Positions 25,689 through 35,456 of a stretch of DNA of 64,000 nt are shown here, in pieces. How positions within the stretch are numbered: the first letter of the stretch is position 1; each line of letters starts with the position of its first letter. Origin of the DNA: Elusimicrobiota bacterium (GTDB lineage: Bacteria > Elusimicrobiota > Elusimicrobia > UBA1565 > UBA9628); NCBI GenBank assembly GCA_003151975.1, contig PLZD01000010.1, forward strand, positions 201,261 through 265,260, written 5' to 3'. The notes beneath the pieces were generated by a model, which saw nothing but the letters and a program-made list of their open reading frames with translations, was not told where the DNA came from and made no database searches. The position numbers and the translations under genes are program-made.

Positions 25689-27815
25689 TTATTGCCCGGC
25701 GTCGCCAGCTGTCGGAGGCTGCTGCGGCGGTTGGCTCTGCTGCGGCGTCGGCACCGGCTTCTTGCGCGGGATCGGCGGGCGGATGGTTTGGGCGCGATAA
25801 TTGTCGCTGTCTCCGCTGAGAGCCGGGAAATAATACTCGGCCGTCTTCTTGATCATCGGGTAGTCGGCGTTCTGCGCATCCGTGATGCCGTCTCTTGAGG
25901 CCAAAATGCCGGCGGTGATCGTCTTGCCGATCTGGAGCTGGCTCGTGCCCAGCAACATCGGAAGCTCGCCGTAAACGCGCGATCGCAGCGTGAACTCGCC
26001 CATAGCGGGCATGACTCCCGTCGCCAGCCCTTGACGGAAAGTCGACACGTTGCTGAGCAGAGAGCTTTCGTACCCCGCGCGGAGGGTGCCGCCGCCGAAG
26101 CCCGAGGCCGTGTTCGCGCCGGCTTCGTAAAGCGAGGTGACTTGCTCCATCCGCGCGACCTGAGGAGCGATGGATGTCATGGCCTCGGCTTTCTGGGCTT
26201 CGGAGAGCAGCGCGAACGATGAGACGCCCGCGCGTCGAGCGTAGCCCTCGAGAAGAGTCGCGCGAACTTGGATCATTTGCAGCGCGTGGACGGGTTCGTG
26301 GGCCTGACCGATGGCAGTATTGACCGTGATGCGGTCAGCCGACACGCTTTCTGCGGCGCCGAGGCTCTTTACGTCCTGCCATGCAGCGCGCAGCTTGCCC
26401 GCGCGGAGATTTTTCGCGAGGCTGCTGCCGTCGGAGACTTCCATTGTGATGCCGTACTTGCCGGCGTATTCCTGCAGCCCCGTCGTCAAAGCTTTCGCCT
26501 GCTTCGTGGCAAGAATGGTCCCGCCTTGTGCCGTGCTCTCCTTGACCACCGTCGTCAATCCCTGTTCGACCACTCGGGCGGCCTCGGCCGCGTGAGCGTC
26601 CGCAGCTACGATGCCCAACGCATCGCCGGTCGCGATGGCCTTCGCGTATGGTAGAGCCTTGCCGGTCACTGTGGCGCCGCGCAGCAGCTCGACGCCCGGG
26701 ATAAAAGTCATGGCGCTTAAGAGCGTATTTCCGCCAACCTTCGCGAGATCCCACGATTGCCTACCCCAAGTGGAGTCGCGATTGTGGTCCCACCGCAGTT
26801 GGTCGCTGCTTTGCTCGACGGCGCCGAAGCCGCTGATGTGGTAGAAGAATTTCATCGTGCCCGCGCCCATGTAAACGGCTGTCGCCATGCCGGGTCCTCG
26901 CTGGCCGTGGTCGACCATCGCGTCGTTGCCCTTCTGCATGTCGTCCCAATACTTCCAAGCGCCGGTCGCCCAGCCGTACTCGAATCCGGGTTGGCCCATT
27001 TGCGGCGCGTCGTGCGAGATCTCCGAAACGGGCGCGGGCACCTTCTTGTTGAGATCCGTCAGGCCGCCCGGCAGCTGCACGCGGGGCATATCCGAAATGT
27101 TCGACAGCTCGGCTTGCGTCAAAGGAGCGTTGGGATTGCGGCGGCCAACGATGACCGCGTTGCCGTTGCCATCGACGAACATCAGTCCGCCGAGGGCTTG
27201 GGCATATTGGCCGGCTTTCGCGGTGACCTGGCTGGAGACCTGCGTGTTGAGTTTGGGATTAGCGAGGACGCGCCGCGCCGCCTCGGCATCCATCGCCAAT
27301 TCTGCCTTTGATTTGTGCGCGGGGGCTCCTTGGCCGCGCACTTTGTCGCGGTAGAGCTTCATCAGCGCCGCTTTCTCATCCGTGCTGGGTTCGCGGCCGA
27401 ATAAAGCTTGAGCGACGATGATGATCGTTTGCTCGTAGACCTCGATTGGATCGGCGGGATCGCGGCCCTGCTGAACCGCGATCGCTTGAGCCTTGCTGTC
27501 ATCGAGGATCTTGAGGCCATTGCGCGCGTCTTGAGGGGAGATCGCTTGACCGGCGGCGTTTGACGCGTCGTCGCGATCGATGGGAGGCAGCTTGCTCGTA
27601 AGTTGACGGAAAATGTCGCCCGTCAAAGCCTGCTCGACGGGCCGCCCTTCGAGATAGGCCTTGGCGGCCTGCGCCTTCGCATCGCGGAAAATCTTGGCGA
27701 AGTCCTGGGATTTGACGGCCCAATCCATTTGAGGCTGGGTCGCGATGGGGCTCTCGGCCATCACTGGCGCGGTTTGGCAGAGGAGCATTGCGAGGACCAA
27801 AGTGCTTTGGCGCAT
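25689..27815 (-). CDS. large secreted hypothetical protein with a Pro/Gln-rich C-terminus
   Basis: Start taken at MRQSTLVLAMLLCQTAPVMA (signal peptide). No recognisable catalytic motif. Confidence 0.5.
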   Translation of the reverse strand: MRQSTLVLAMLLCQTAPVMAESPIATQPQMDWAVKSQDFAKIFRDAKAQAAKAYLEGRPVEQALTGDIFRQLTSKLPPIDRDDASNAAGQAISPQDARNGLKILDDSKAQAIAVQQGRDPADPIEVYEQTIIIVAQALFGREPSTDEKAALMKLYRDKVRGQGAPAHKSKAELAMDAEAARRVLANPKLNTQVSSQVTAKAGQYAQALGGLMFVDGNGNAVIVGRRNPNAPLTQAELSNISDMPRVQLPGGLTDLNKKVPAPVSEISHDAPQMGQPGFEYGWATGAWKYWDDMQKGNDAMVDHGQRGPGMATAVYMGAGTMKFFYHISGFGAVEQSSDQLRWDHNRDSTWGRQSWDLAKVGGNTLLSAMTFIPGVELLRGATVTGKALPYAKAIATGDALGIVAADAHAAEAARVVEQGLTTVVKESTAQGGTILATKQAKALTTGLQEYAGKYGITMEVSDGSSLAKNLRAGKLRAAWQDVKSLGAAESVSADRITVNTAIGQAHEPVHALQMIQVRATLLEGYARRAGVSSFALLSEAQKAEAMTSIAPQVARMEQVTSLYEAGANTASGFGGGTLRAGYESSLLSNVSTFRQGLATGVMPAMGEFTLRSRVYGELPMLLGTSQLQIGKTITAGILASRDGITDAQNADYPMIKKTAEYYFPALSGDSDNYRAQTIRPPIPRKKPVPTPQQSQPPQQPPTAGDAGQ

Positions 27816-27939
27816 AGAGGGGCTCGGCTTCCTTACAGTATTGGGCCGAGAGGGCGATCTGTCAATGACTTTCTTCGATTTTACCGAGGTTTTGTCGAGG
27901 CTGCTGGAACATTTTCGGGGGGTCAATCGTATACTCTTC

Positions 27940-29688
27940 ATGCCTCTCTCATACCTGCGGCGGCCGTTGTTCCTGGCGCTGGTCGTTTACATCGCGGCGC
28001 TCGCCGGGCTGCATGCCGCGGGATTTTTCCGGATCTTCGTTCCGCGGGAGACGCTGGCCTGGCGCGATGAGCCGACAATCTCTCTCGAAGGCGTGATCGC
28101 CTCGCCGCGGCGCGAGGATGGGCGAGGCGTGAAGTTCGTCGTCGCGGAGGCGCGCGTCGCGGGAGTCGACGCGCGGTCGAAGGTCTTGGTCTACTTGCCC
28201 CGCGGCGCGCCGGGAACAGAGGCGTGTCTGCCGGGCCGGACCGTGGCGCTGACGGGCCGCCTGCGCCTGCCGCGCTGGCCGCGCAATCCCGGCGAGTTCG
28301 ACGAACGCGGTTTCCTGTCGGACCGCGGCATCGGCTGGATCATGCAAGCGTCAAGCGTCGAGCCGCTGGGAGCGCCCGTCTCGCCGCGCTGGCGGCTGCT
28401 CGCGGTGGCCGAGAAGGTCCGACTGTCGATGCAAGCGGCCTTCGAGCGCGGATTCGGCGAGACTGACGCGCGTTTGCTGACGGCGGTCACACTCGGCTAC
28501 AAGGCTCCGCTGCCGCGGAGCCTGAACCGCGCGATCCAGGACTCGGGCGCGATGCATCTGCTCGTTCCGAGCGGGGCGAAGGTCGCCTTCGTGCTCTTGT
28601 TCATCGGCTGGATCGCGTCGACGCTCGGGCTTCCGCCGGGCTGGCGTCTGGCCGCGGCCGCGATCGCCGGAGGCTTCTACACGATCATGGTCGGCGGCGA
28701 GCCGCCTTACGCGCGCGCGTATCTCGGCGGCCTGGCGCTCGGTTTGGGCGCGCTCATCGACCGCGAGGCGGGCGCGTTCCAGGCCTTGGTGCTGTCGGCG
28801 TGGATTATTTTACTCGCCGATCCCCGAGCGTTGTTCTCGGCGGGGTTTCAAATGACTTACGCGGCGATGATCGGGCTCATCCTCGCGATGCCGCGCGTCG
28901 ACGCGGGTTTGCCCGGCCGCTGGCCGAAGGCCGCGCGCGGGCTTTGCTGCGTCGCCGCGGTGACAGTGATCGTACAGCTGATGCTGTGGCCGATCTTCGC
29001 GAACACTTTCGGCCGCGCGGCGGCTCTCGGTGCCTGCGCCAATCTCGCGCTCGTGCCGCTGTCGGGAGTGATCCTGGCTGGAGGCTTCATCTATTGGATT
29101 GTCGGACATGGCGCGCCCGTGCTTTCATCGCTTCTCTCCCTGCTTAAGTGGATCTGTTTTCAAGCGTCCAATCTTCCCTGGGCTGCGGTCAACCTCACGC
29201 CACTGACTCCTTGCGAGGTCCTGGCCTACTATCTTTTTGCCGCGGCAATCCTCATCCTTCCGCGACGAAGGATCGCCGCGGTCCTCGCGGCCTCCGCCAT
29301 TACATTCCACATCCTCTCCCTAACGGCCGCGAGGTTTTCAACGGCTCCATTGCATATCGTCTACCTCAGCCTACCGTCCGAGACGGCGGCGCTCGCTTGG
29401 CGTCATGGCAAGACCATTCTGATCGGACCGGCCGAGCCGTCGGCCCCCGTTTACCGCGCGATGAAGGCGCTCGGCGTGCGGCGGCTCGACGAAACCGTCG
29501 CGCTCGCGCAAAACCGCCGATTTTCTCTGTGCGAGGGCGGCGTCTGCTTTCGATTCGACCCGCCGCGCGTCCTACGAGGCTCCGAGGAATTTGATATAAT
29601 CGCTTCTCGCCTCAAGAGATCGTCCCTCGAGGCGTCTACCGATGGCTCTCGAATCGAAATCAAAGAAGCATCAGGAGCACGCCATTAA
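27940..29688 (+). CDS. comEC: ComEC/Rec2-family DNA-uptake channel protein (no MBL domain)
   Basis: DUF4131-like N-terminus plus a multi-TM competence domain. Start at MPLSYL preferred. Confidence 0.7.
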   Translation: MPLSYLRRPLFLALVVYIAALAGLHAAGFFRIFVPRETLAWRDEPTISLEGVIASPRREDGRGVKFVVAEARVAGVDARSKVLVYLPRGAPGTEACLPGRTVALTGRLRLPRWPRNPGEFDERGFLSDRGIGWIMQASSVEPLGAPVSPRWRLLAVAEKVRLSMQAAFERGFGETDARLLTAVTLGYKAPLPRSLNRAIQDSGAMHLLVPSGAKVAFVLLFIGWIASTLGLPPGWRLAAAAIAGGFYTIMVGGEPPYARAYLGGLALGLGALIDREAGAFQALVLSAWIILLADPRALFSAGFQMTYAAMIGLILAMPRVDAGLPGRWPKAARGLCCVAAVTVIVQLMLWPIFANTFGRAAALGACANLALVPLSGVILAGGFIYWIVGHGAPVLSSLLSLLKWICFQASNLPWAAVNLTPLTPCEVLAYYLFAAAILILPRRRIAAVLAASAITFHILSLTAARFSTAPLHIVYLSLPSETAALAWRHGKTILIGPAEPSAPVYRAMKALGVRRLDETVALAQNRRFSLCEGGVCFRFDPPRVLRGSEEFDIIASRLKRSSLEASTDGSRIEIKEASGARH

Positions 29689-30523
29689 CTCCGCGGTGGT
29701 TTTTTATAACGCCACGAAACCCGAGGCGGTGCGCATGATGCGCGTCGTCACCAAGGCGTTAAAAGAGCGCGGCGTGCGCGTTTGGCTCGGCCAATCCGGC
29801 TCCATCCGCGAGAAGCTGCGCCTGGCCGACATCGCCGTGGCGCTTGGCGGCGACGGAACCATGCTGCACGCCGCGCGCATACTCGCGCCGCACTCGATCC
29901 CGCTGTTGGGCGTCAACTCGGGCGGGCTGGGCTTTCTCTCCGGCACGGACGCTTCCGAGTTCAACCGCGATTGCGACGCGATCTTGAAGGGCAAGTTCGT
30001 GCTCGAGGAGCGCTGGATGGTCAGCGTCGAGGCCTATCGCGGCAAGCGTAAATTGTTCGGGCCCAACATCGCCTTGAACGACGTGGTCATCCGCTGCGGC
30101 GACCAGGCGCGTGCCATCTCGCTGAACGTCAAATCCGCCGACCTTTTTGTCGCCGACTACTTCGGCGACGGCCTCATCGTCTCGACGCCGACGGGCTCCA
30201 CGGCTTACAACTTGGCGGCCTCGGGGCCCATCGTCGACCCGAGCCTCGACGTTCTGCTGCTCGCGCCCATCTGCCCGCACACCTTGACCCAGCGGCCGCT
30301 GATCATCCCGGTCGAGGACCCGCTCACGATCAAGCTAACCACGCGCCGCGCCCACGAAGTGCCGCGCGTGCTGCTCTCGCTCGACGGCCAGCTCGGCTGC
30401 GCGCTCAAGGTCGGCGACGAGGTGCGCATCAAGCGCTACGAGAAGCCCTTCAAGCTCCTGCTCAATCCCAAGCGCTCGTATTACGAGGTTCTGCGCCGCA
30501 AGCTTCACTGGGGGGAACGCTAA
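29642..30523 (+). CDS. nadK: NAD(+) kinase
   Basis: GGDGTML and NSGGLGFL motifs. Confidence 0.8.
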   Translation: MALESKSKKHQEHAINSAVVFYNATKPEAVRMMRVVTKALKERGVRVWLGQSGSIREKLRLADIAVALGGDGTMLHAARILAPHSIPLLGVNSGGLGFLSGTDASEFNRDCDAILKGKFVLEERWMVSVEAYRGKRKLFGPNIALNDVVIRCGDQARAISLNVKSADLFVADYFGDGLIVSTPTGSTAYNLAASGPIVDPSLDVLLLAPICPHTLTQRPLIIPVEDPLTIKLTTRRAHEVPRVLLSLDGQLGCALKVGDEVRIKRYEKPFKLLLNPKRSYYEVLRRKLHWGER

Positions 30524-30524
30524 G

Positions 30525-32183
30525 ATGTTGCGCGAGCTGACGATCAAGAATTTCGCGATCATCGAGAACGAGACCCTGCGCCTCGGCGAGGGGCTCAACG
30601 TGCTGACCGGCGAGACCGGGGCGGGCAAGTCGATCTTGATCGAGGCTTTGGGCTTCCTGCTCGGCGCGCGCGGCTCGTCCTCATGGCTGCGCGCCGGAGC
30701 CGACCGCCTCGAGGTCTCGGGCGTGTTCGACTCGAAGGATTTCCCGAAAGAGATCCGAACGCAATTCAAAATCGCGGGTCCCGTGACCACGATCCGCCGC
30801 GAGCTCGACGCCTCGGGCAAGACGCGCGCGATCATCAACTCGCAGTCGGCCCCGCTTTCCACCTTGGCGTTATTAGGGGAGAGCCTCGTCGATTTTCACG
30901 GCCAGCACGAGCACCAGACTTTGGTCAAATCCTCGGCCCAACTCGCCCTGCTCGACGGCTACGGCGGCCTCATGGAAGAACTGGAGGCGGCGCGCGCGGC
31001 GTACGAGTCCTGGTCGATGCTGTCGGGGGAGCTCGATTCCGCGGCGATGTCCGACGAGGAGCGCCGCAAGCGCATTGAGCTGTCGCGCTTCCAGCTGCAG
31101 GAGCTCTCCGAGGCGAAGCTGAAAGTCGGCGAGGACGAGGAGCTCGAGGCTGCGTTGCCCCGGCTCAAAAACGCCGAGCGCCTGCGCACGCTGGCGGGCG
31201 GCGCCTACGACCTGCTCTACGGCCAGGACGGCTCGATCTTGGGCGGGCTCTTGAAGGCCGAGCGGGCCCTGGCCGAACTCTCGAAGATCGACGAGTCGAT
31301 GCGGGCCACGCACGATTCGCTGGAAACAGCCCGGCTCGCGCTCGAAGACCTCTCTCACGCTCTCGGCGATTACTACGACAAGCTTGGCTCAGATCCCGCC
31401 AAGCTCGATCAGATCATGTCGCGCCAAGACGCCTTGGCGCGCCTCAAGAAAAAATACGGCCCGACCGTCGAGGATCTGCTCGCCGCGCTTGAGAAGGCCG
31501 CGCTCGAGGTCTCGCGCCTGGAGAACTCCGCCGCGACGCTGGGCGAGCTCGAGCAAAAGCTCGCGGAGGCTCAGAAGGTGCTCGACGGCGCCTGCGAGGT
31601 TCTTCATCATGCTCGCCTCAAGGCCGCCCAGTCGCTCGAGGCCAAGCTCTCGAAAGAACTCAAGGTCCTCGGCATGGCGCAGGCGCAGTTCTCGGTCTCG
31701 GTCGAGATGGAAGAGGGCCGCTACACGCGGACCGGGGCGGACGCCGTCGAGTTCATGCTCGCGGCCAACCCCGGCGAACCGATGCGCCCGATCAAGGCCG
31801 TGGCCTCGGGCGGCGAGCTCTCGCGCGTGATGCTCGCCTTGAAAACCGTTTTGGCGCTCGCCGACCGCGTCCCGGTCCTCGTTTTCGACGAGGTCGACGC
31901 CGGCATCGGCGGGGCTGTCGCGCGCGCCGTGGGCCAGAAGCTCGCGGGCCTCGGGCAAAACCGCCAAGTCTTGTGCGTGACGCACCTGCCGCAGGTCGCT
32001 TGCTTCGGCCGCGAGCACTTCCAAGTCATCAAGGAAGTCTCCGGCGGCCGTACGAAAGTCGGCGTCACTCGCCTCGACGGGAAGAACCGCCTCGAGGCCA
32101 TCGCTTTGATGCTCGGCGGCCGCGAGGCCACGCCGGCTAGCCGCAAACACGCCCAGGAATTATTGGAGAGCTCGAGCGCATGA
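30525..32183 (+). CDS. recN: DNA repair protein RecN
   Basis: N-terminal Walker A GETGAGKS, long coiled coil, C-terminal signature/Walker B. Confidence 0.85.
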   Translation: MLRELTIKNFAIIENETLRLGEGLNVLTGETGAGKSILIEALGFLLGARGSSSWLRAGADRLEVSGVFDSKDFPKEIRTQFKIAGPVTTIRRELDASGKTRAIINSQSAPLSTLALLGESLVDFHGQHEHQTLVKSSAQLALLDGYGGLMEELEAARAAYESWSMLSGELDSAAMSDEERRKRIELSRFQLQELSEAKLKVGEDEELEAALPRLKNAERLRTLAGGAYDLLYGQDGSILGGLLKAERALAELSKIDESMRATHDSLETARLALEDLSHALGDYYDKLGSDPAKLDQIMSRQDALARLKKKYGPTVEDLLAALEKAALEVSRLENSAATLGELEQKLAEAQKVLDGACEVLHHARLKAAQSLEAKLSKELKVLGMAQAQFSVSVEMEEGRYTRTGADAVEFMLAANPGEPMRPIKAVASGGELSRVMLALKTVLALADRVPVLVFDEVDAGIGGAVARAVGQKLAGLGQNRQVLCVTHLPQVACFGREHFQVIKEVSGGRTKVGVTRLDGKNRLEAIALMLGGREATPASRKHAQELLESSSA

Positions 32184-32269
32184 GGAAAGGGGTTAGGCGT
32201 AGTGGAAAACAAGCACGAAAGTCTCGGCCGACCCGGCTAAGAGCATTTCGCCCGAATACGAAGAGCGGG

Positions 32270-33235
32270 ATGTGGGCCACGGGAGATATTTCTAAAACAG
32301 GAATTGTCTTCGACGCTGACGGCACGAGGGTTCCGCATCCGATTCCTTATCAAGGCAGCAAGCGAAATCTGTCTTCACAAATTCTATCGTACTTTCCCAA
32401 TCACATCAGCACCCTTATTGAACCGTTTGTTGGTTCGGGTGCGATTACTCTTGCTGCGGCTGTACGCGGCTTGGCTGAAAACTACCACTTGAATGACCTC
32501 AATGCACCTCTTGTAGAACTGTGGCGGACTATTATCGAAGAGCCGAATAAATTAGCAAAGAAGTACGAAACGATTTGGCACGAACAACACGCTGACCGCC
32601 GCGAGTATTATTGCGAAGTTCGTAACGAATTCAACCACACGCGTAAGCCCCACCACTTTCTCTACCTGCTGGCTCGGTGCGTCAAGGCTTCTGTTCGGTA
32701 TAACTCGAAGGGTGAATTTAACCAGAGTCCCGATAATCGGAGAATGGGAGCAATGCCTTCGACGATGCGGGATCATGTTCTCGGCGCCTCCTATCTGTTA
32801 AGAGGTAAGGCGAAATGTACCGCTGAGGACTATAAGACTCTTGTGCAACGCGCCAGTGCTGAGGATCTCGTTTACATGGATCCACCCTATCAGGGGGTAT
32901 CGGGTGATCGCGACTCTCGATATCTGAGGGGGGTACCCTTTGATGAATTTGTCGAAGTTTTACGCGATCTGAATAAACGTCAGATAAGCTACATCGTGAG
33001 TTACGATGGGCGGACCGGTGATAAGATCCACGGACGGACGCTGCCGCACACACTGCAGCTCAAGCACATTGAATTAGCAGCGGGACGATCGTCGCAAGAA
33101 ACGCTCTTGGGAAGAACGGCTGTCACCTACGAATCTCTTTACCTTTCTCCAGCACTAGAAAAGCGACTTGGGCCTTCTCGCACGCATTGCAAGGCAACAG
33201 TTGAGCAACTTGTGTTACTTGGGGCAAGCAGGTGA
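32270..33235 (+). CDS. Dam-family (D12 class) N6-adenine DNA methyltransferase
   Basis: PYQGSKRNL (Y.GGK-like AdoMet motif) and the DPPY catalytic motif (VYMDPPYQG). Lower GC than flanks. Start ambiguous (32180 or 32270). Confidence 0.7.
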   Translation: MWATGDISKTGIVFDADGTRVPHPIPYQGSKRNLSSQILSYFPNHISTLIEPFVGSGAITLAAAVRGLAENYHLNDLNAPLVELWRTIIEEPNKLAKKYETIWHEQHADRREYYCEVRNEFNHTRKPHHFLYLLARCVKASVRYNSKGEFNQSPDNRRMGAMPSTMRDHVLGASYLLRGKAKCTAEDYKTLVQRASAEDLVYMDPPYQGVSGDRDSRYLRGVPFDEFVEVLRDLNKRQISYIVSYDGRTGDKIHGRTLPHTLQLKHIELAAGRSSQETLLGRTAVTYESLYLSPALEKRLGPSRTHCKATVEQLVLLGASR

Positions 33236-33975
33236 CGCTCCCGAAGCTCCCGGCAAAATTCATTCGTCTTTGTAATAGTGTCACCGCGAAACGTCCGAGG
33301 ACGGTGATCGAGCATATTCTGAAACACGGGTTCATTACTACCGAAGTTCTGAAGGAAAAATACGGCTACAGCCATCCGCCCCGTGCAGCGCGCGACGTGA
33401 AGGAACACGGTATTCCGATTGTCATGTTTCGAGTCATTGGTCGCGATGGGCGAAAGATTGCTGCATATAAGTTCGGAGACCCAGGGAAGTTGCGTATGGG
33501 AACCCAACTTGGGCGGACCGTTTTATCGAAGGAGTTGAAGCAGTCACTCCTTGAACGGGATGGCGCCAAATGCGCCATCTATTGTGTCCCCTTTCCGGAA
33601 CGTGAGCTGCAGATCGATCACAGGGTTCCGTTCGAGGTCGTTGGCGACGCCCCAAAGACAAGTGCGAAAATTGCAGACTTCATGCTCCTTTGCGGATCGG
33701 CCAATCGAGCGAAATCGTGGTCCTGCGAGCATTGTGTGAATTGGATTGAACTCAAGAAGCCGGAAGTTTGCCGAGAGTGCTATTGGGCCTATCCGGGAAA
33801 CTATGCCCATATAGCCATGCGTCCGGTACGACGGGCCGATATCCTTTGGAACGAGGATGAAGTCGTGGACTACGAGTTGCTTAAGCGCAAAACAGAGCAG
33901 TTGCAGAGGAATATACCGAGTTACGTTAAGGAAATTGTTAAAGAGCATCTAAAAGGTGGTGGACGGAATGGGTAA
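33232..33975 (+). CDS. HNH-family endonuclease (putative Type II restriction enzyme paired with the MTase)
   Basis: LQIDHRVPFE...CGSANRAKSWSCEHC is an HNH/zinc-ribbon motif. ATGA overlap with the MTase stop. Lower GC. Confidence 0.6.
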   Translation: MTLPKLPAKFIRLCNSVTAKRPRTVIEHILKHGFITTEVLKEKYGYSHPPRAARDVKEHGIPIVMFRVIGRDGRKIAAYKFGDPGKLRMGTQLGRTVLSKELKQSLLERDGAKCAIYCVPFPERELQIDHRVPFEVVGDAPKTSAKIADFMLLCGSANRAKSWSCEHCVNWIELKKPEVCRECYWAYPGNYAHIAMRPVRRADILWNEDEVVDYELLKRKTEQLQRNIPSYVKEIVKEHLKGGGRNG

Positions 33976-35443
33976 CACATCTGTCGGCACGGCAAAAATC
34001 AGAACCCGTTTCGCCCCTTCCCCTACCGGTTATCTTCATATTGGTGGGGCCCGCACGACTCTGTTCAATTGGCTTTTCGCGCGCCATCACGGCGGGCAGT
34101 TCATCCTACGCATCGAGGACACCGACGAGGTGCGCTCGACCGAGGACTCCGTCCAGGCGATCTTGGACTCCGTGGCTTGGCTCGGGCTCGACTGGGACGA
34201 GGGTCCGCTCACCATGACCTCGGAGAAAGGCCCGCATCAATCTTATTATCAGATGAAGCGCGTCGACATCTACAAGAAGTACATCGGCGAGCTTCTGAAG
34301 GAAGGCAACGCCTATCCGTGCTACTGCACCAAGGATGAGATCGAAGCCATGCGGCGCCTGGCGCAGCTCGAGAAGCGCCCTCCCAAGTACGAGGGACGCT
34401 GCCGCAACCTGACCGACGCTCAGCGCAAGCAGAACGACGCGGGCGGCAAGCCGTTCTCGATTCGCTTCCGCATGCCCGAGGAAGGCACCACGATCGTCGA
34501 CGATCTGATTCGCGGCAAGGTGGAGTTTGAGAACAAGCTTCAGCAGGACCTCGTGATCCAGAAGACCACGGGCGGACCGACCTACAACTTCGCCTGCGTC
34601 GTCGACGACCATCTGATGGAAATGAGCCACGTCATCCGCGGCGACGAGCACCTCTCCAATACGCCCTCCCAGATTCAGATGTACAAGGCTCTAGGATGGG
34701 AAACGCCGCAGTTCGCACACTTGTCAATGATTATGGGCCCTGATGGCACCAAGTTGTCGAAACGGCATGGTGCAACTTCAGTTTTGGATTATAAAGTTAA
34801 AGGCTATCTGCCAGAAGCTATGCGAAACTATCTCGCGCTCTTGGGATGGGCTACGACGGATTCTCAACAATTGTTCTCAGGTGAAGAGTTGATATCAAAG
34901 TTTGATCTCGCCGGGTGCCAGAAGAGCCCTGCGACTTTCGATACTGTTAAACTCGACTGGATGAATGGGGAGTATATTCGGAAGACTCCGATCTCGAATC
35001 TGATTCAACTTGCGCAGCCTTTCATTGAAGGGGCGGGGCTTAAGGTGAATGGGGGACCGTCGCTAGAGAAGACGATTGCTCTTGAACATGAAAAATTCAA
35101 GCTTTTGTCCGAAATTCCTACGCTAATTGAATTCTTCTACAAACAAGTGGAATTCAATCCTAAAGCAATGGAAAAGGTTCTTAAGGCTCCAGGCGCCAAG
35201 GAAGTTCTCCTTGGACTTGCGGGTGAGCTCAAAGAATTCTCGCCGTTTGAGGACAAGAAACTCGAAGAGAGAATTAGGAAGTTCTGTGTCGATCGTGGCC
35301 TTAAACCAGGGCAGGTTTTCCATCCCCTTCGAGTCGCGTGCACCGGCCGTACCGAGGGTCCGACCCTATTCTTAATGTTGGAAATTATGGGGCGGGAAAA
35401 GGTGATTGATCGTCTCAACGAAGCTGCTGCGCTCCTTCAGTAG
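33956..35443 (+). CDS. gltX: glutamyl-tRNA synthetase
   Basis: RFAPSPTGYLHIGGARTTLFNW (HIGH region) and the KLSKRHG (KMSKS) motif. GC-content mosaic along the gene. Confidence 0.85.
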   Translation: MVDGMGNTSVGTAKIRTRFAPSPTGYLHIGGARTTLFNWLFARHHGGQFILRIEDTDEVRSTEDSVQAILDSVAWLGLDWDEGPLTMTSEKGPHQSYYQMKRVDIYKKYIGELLKEGNAYPCYCTKDEIEAMRRLAQLEKRPPKYEGRCRNLTDAQRKQNDAGGKPFSIRFRMPEEGTTIVDDLIRGKVEFENKLQQDLVIQKTTGGPTYNFACVVDDHLMEMSHVIRGDEHLSNTPSQIQMYKALGWETPQFAHLSMIMGPDGTKLSKRHGATSVLDYKVKGYLPEAMRNYLALLGWATTDSQQLFSGEELISKFDLAGCQKSPATFDTVKLDWMNGEYIRKTPISNLIQLAQPFIEGAGLKVNGGPSLEKTIALEHEKFKLLSEIPTLIEFFYKQVEFNPKAMEKVLKAPGAKEVLLGLAGELKEFSPFEDKKLEERIRKFCVDRGLKPGQVFHPLRVACTGRTEGPTLFLMLEIMGREKVIDRLNEAAALLQ

Positions 35444-35456
35444 AACCCTTCTGCCG

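Noticed and set aside
31389-32150. 253-aa minus-strand ORF
   Set aside because: Antisense to recN.
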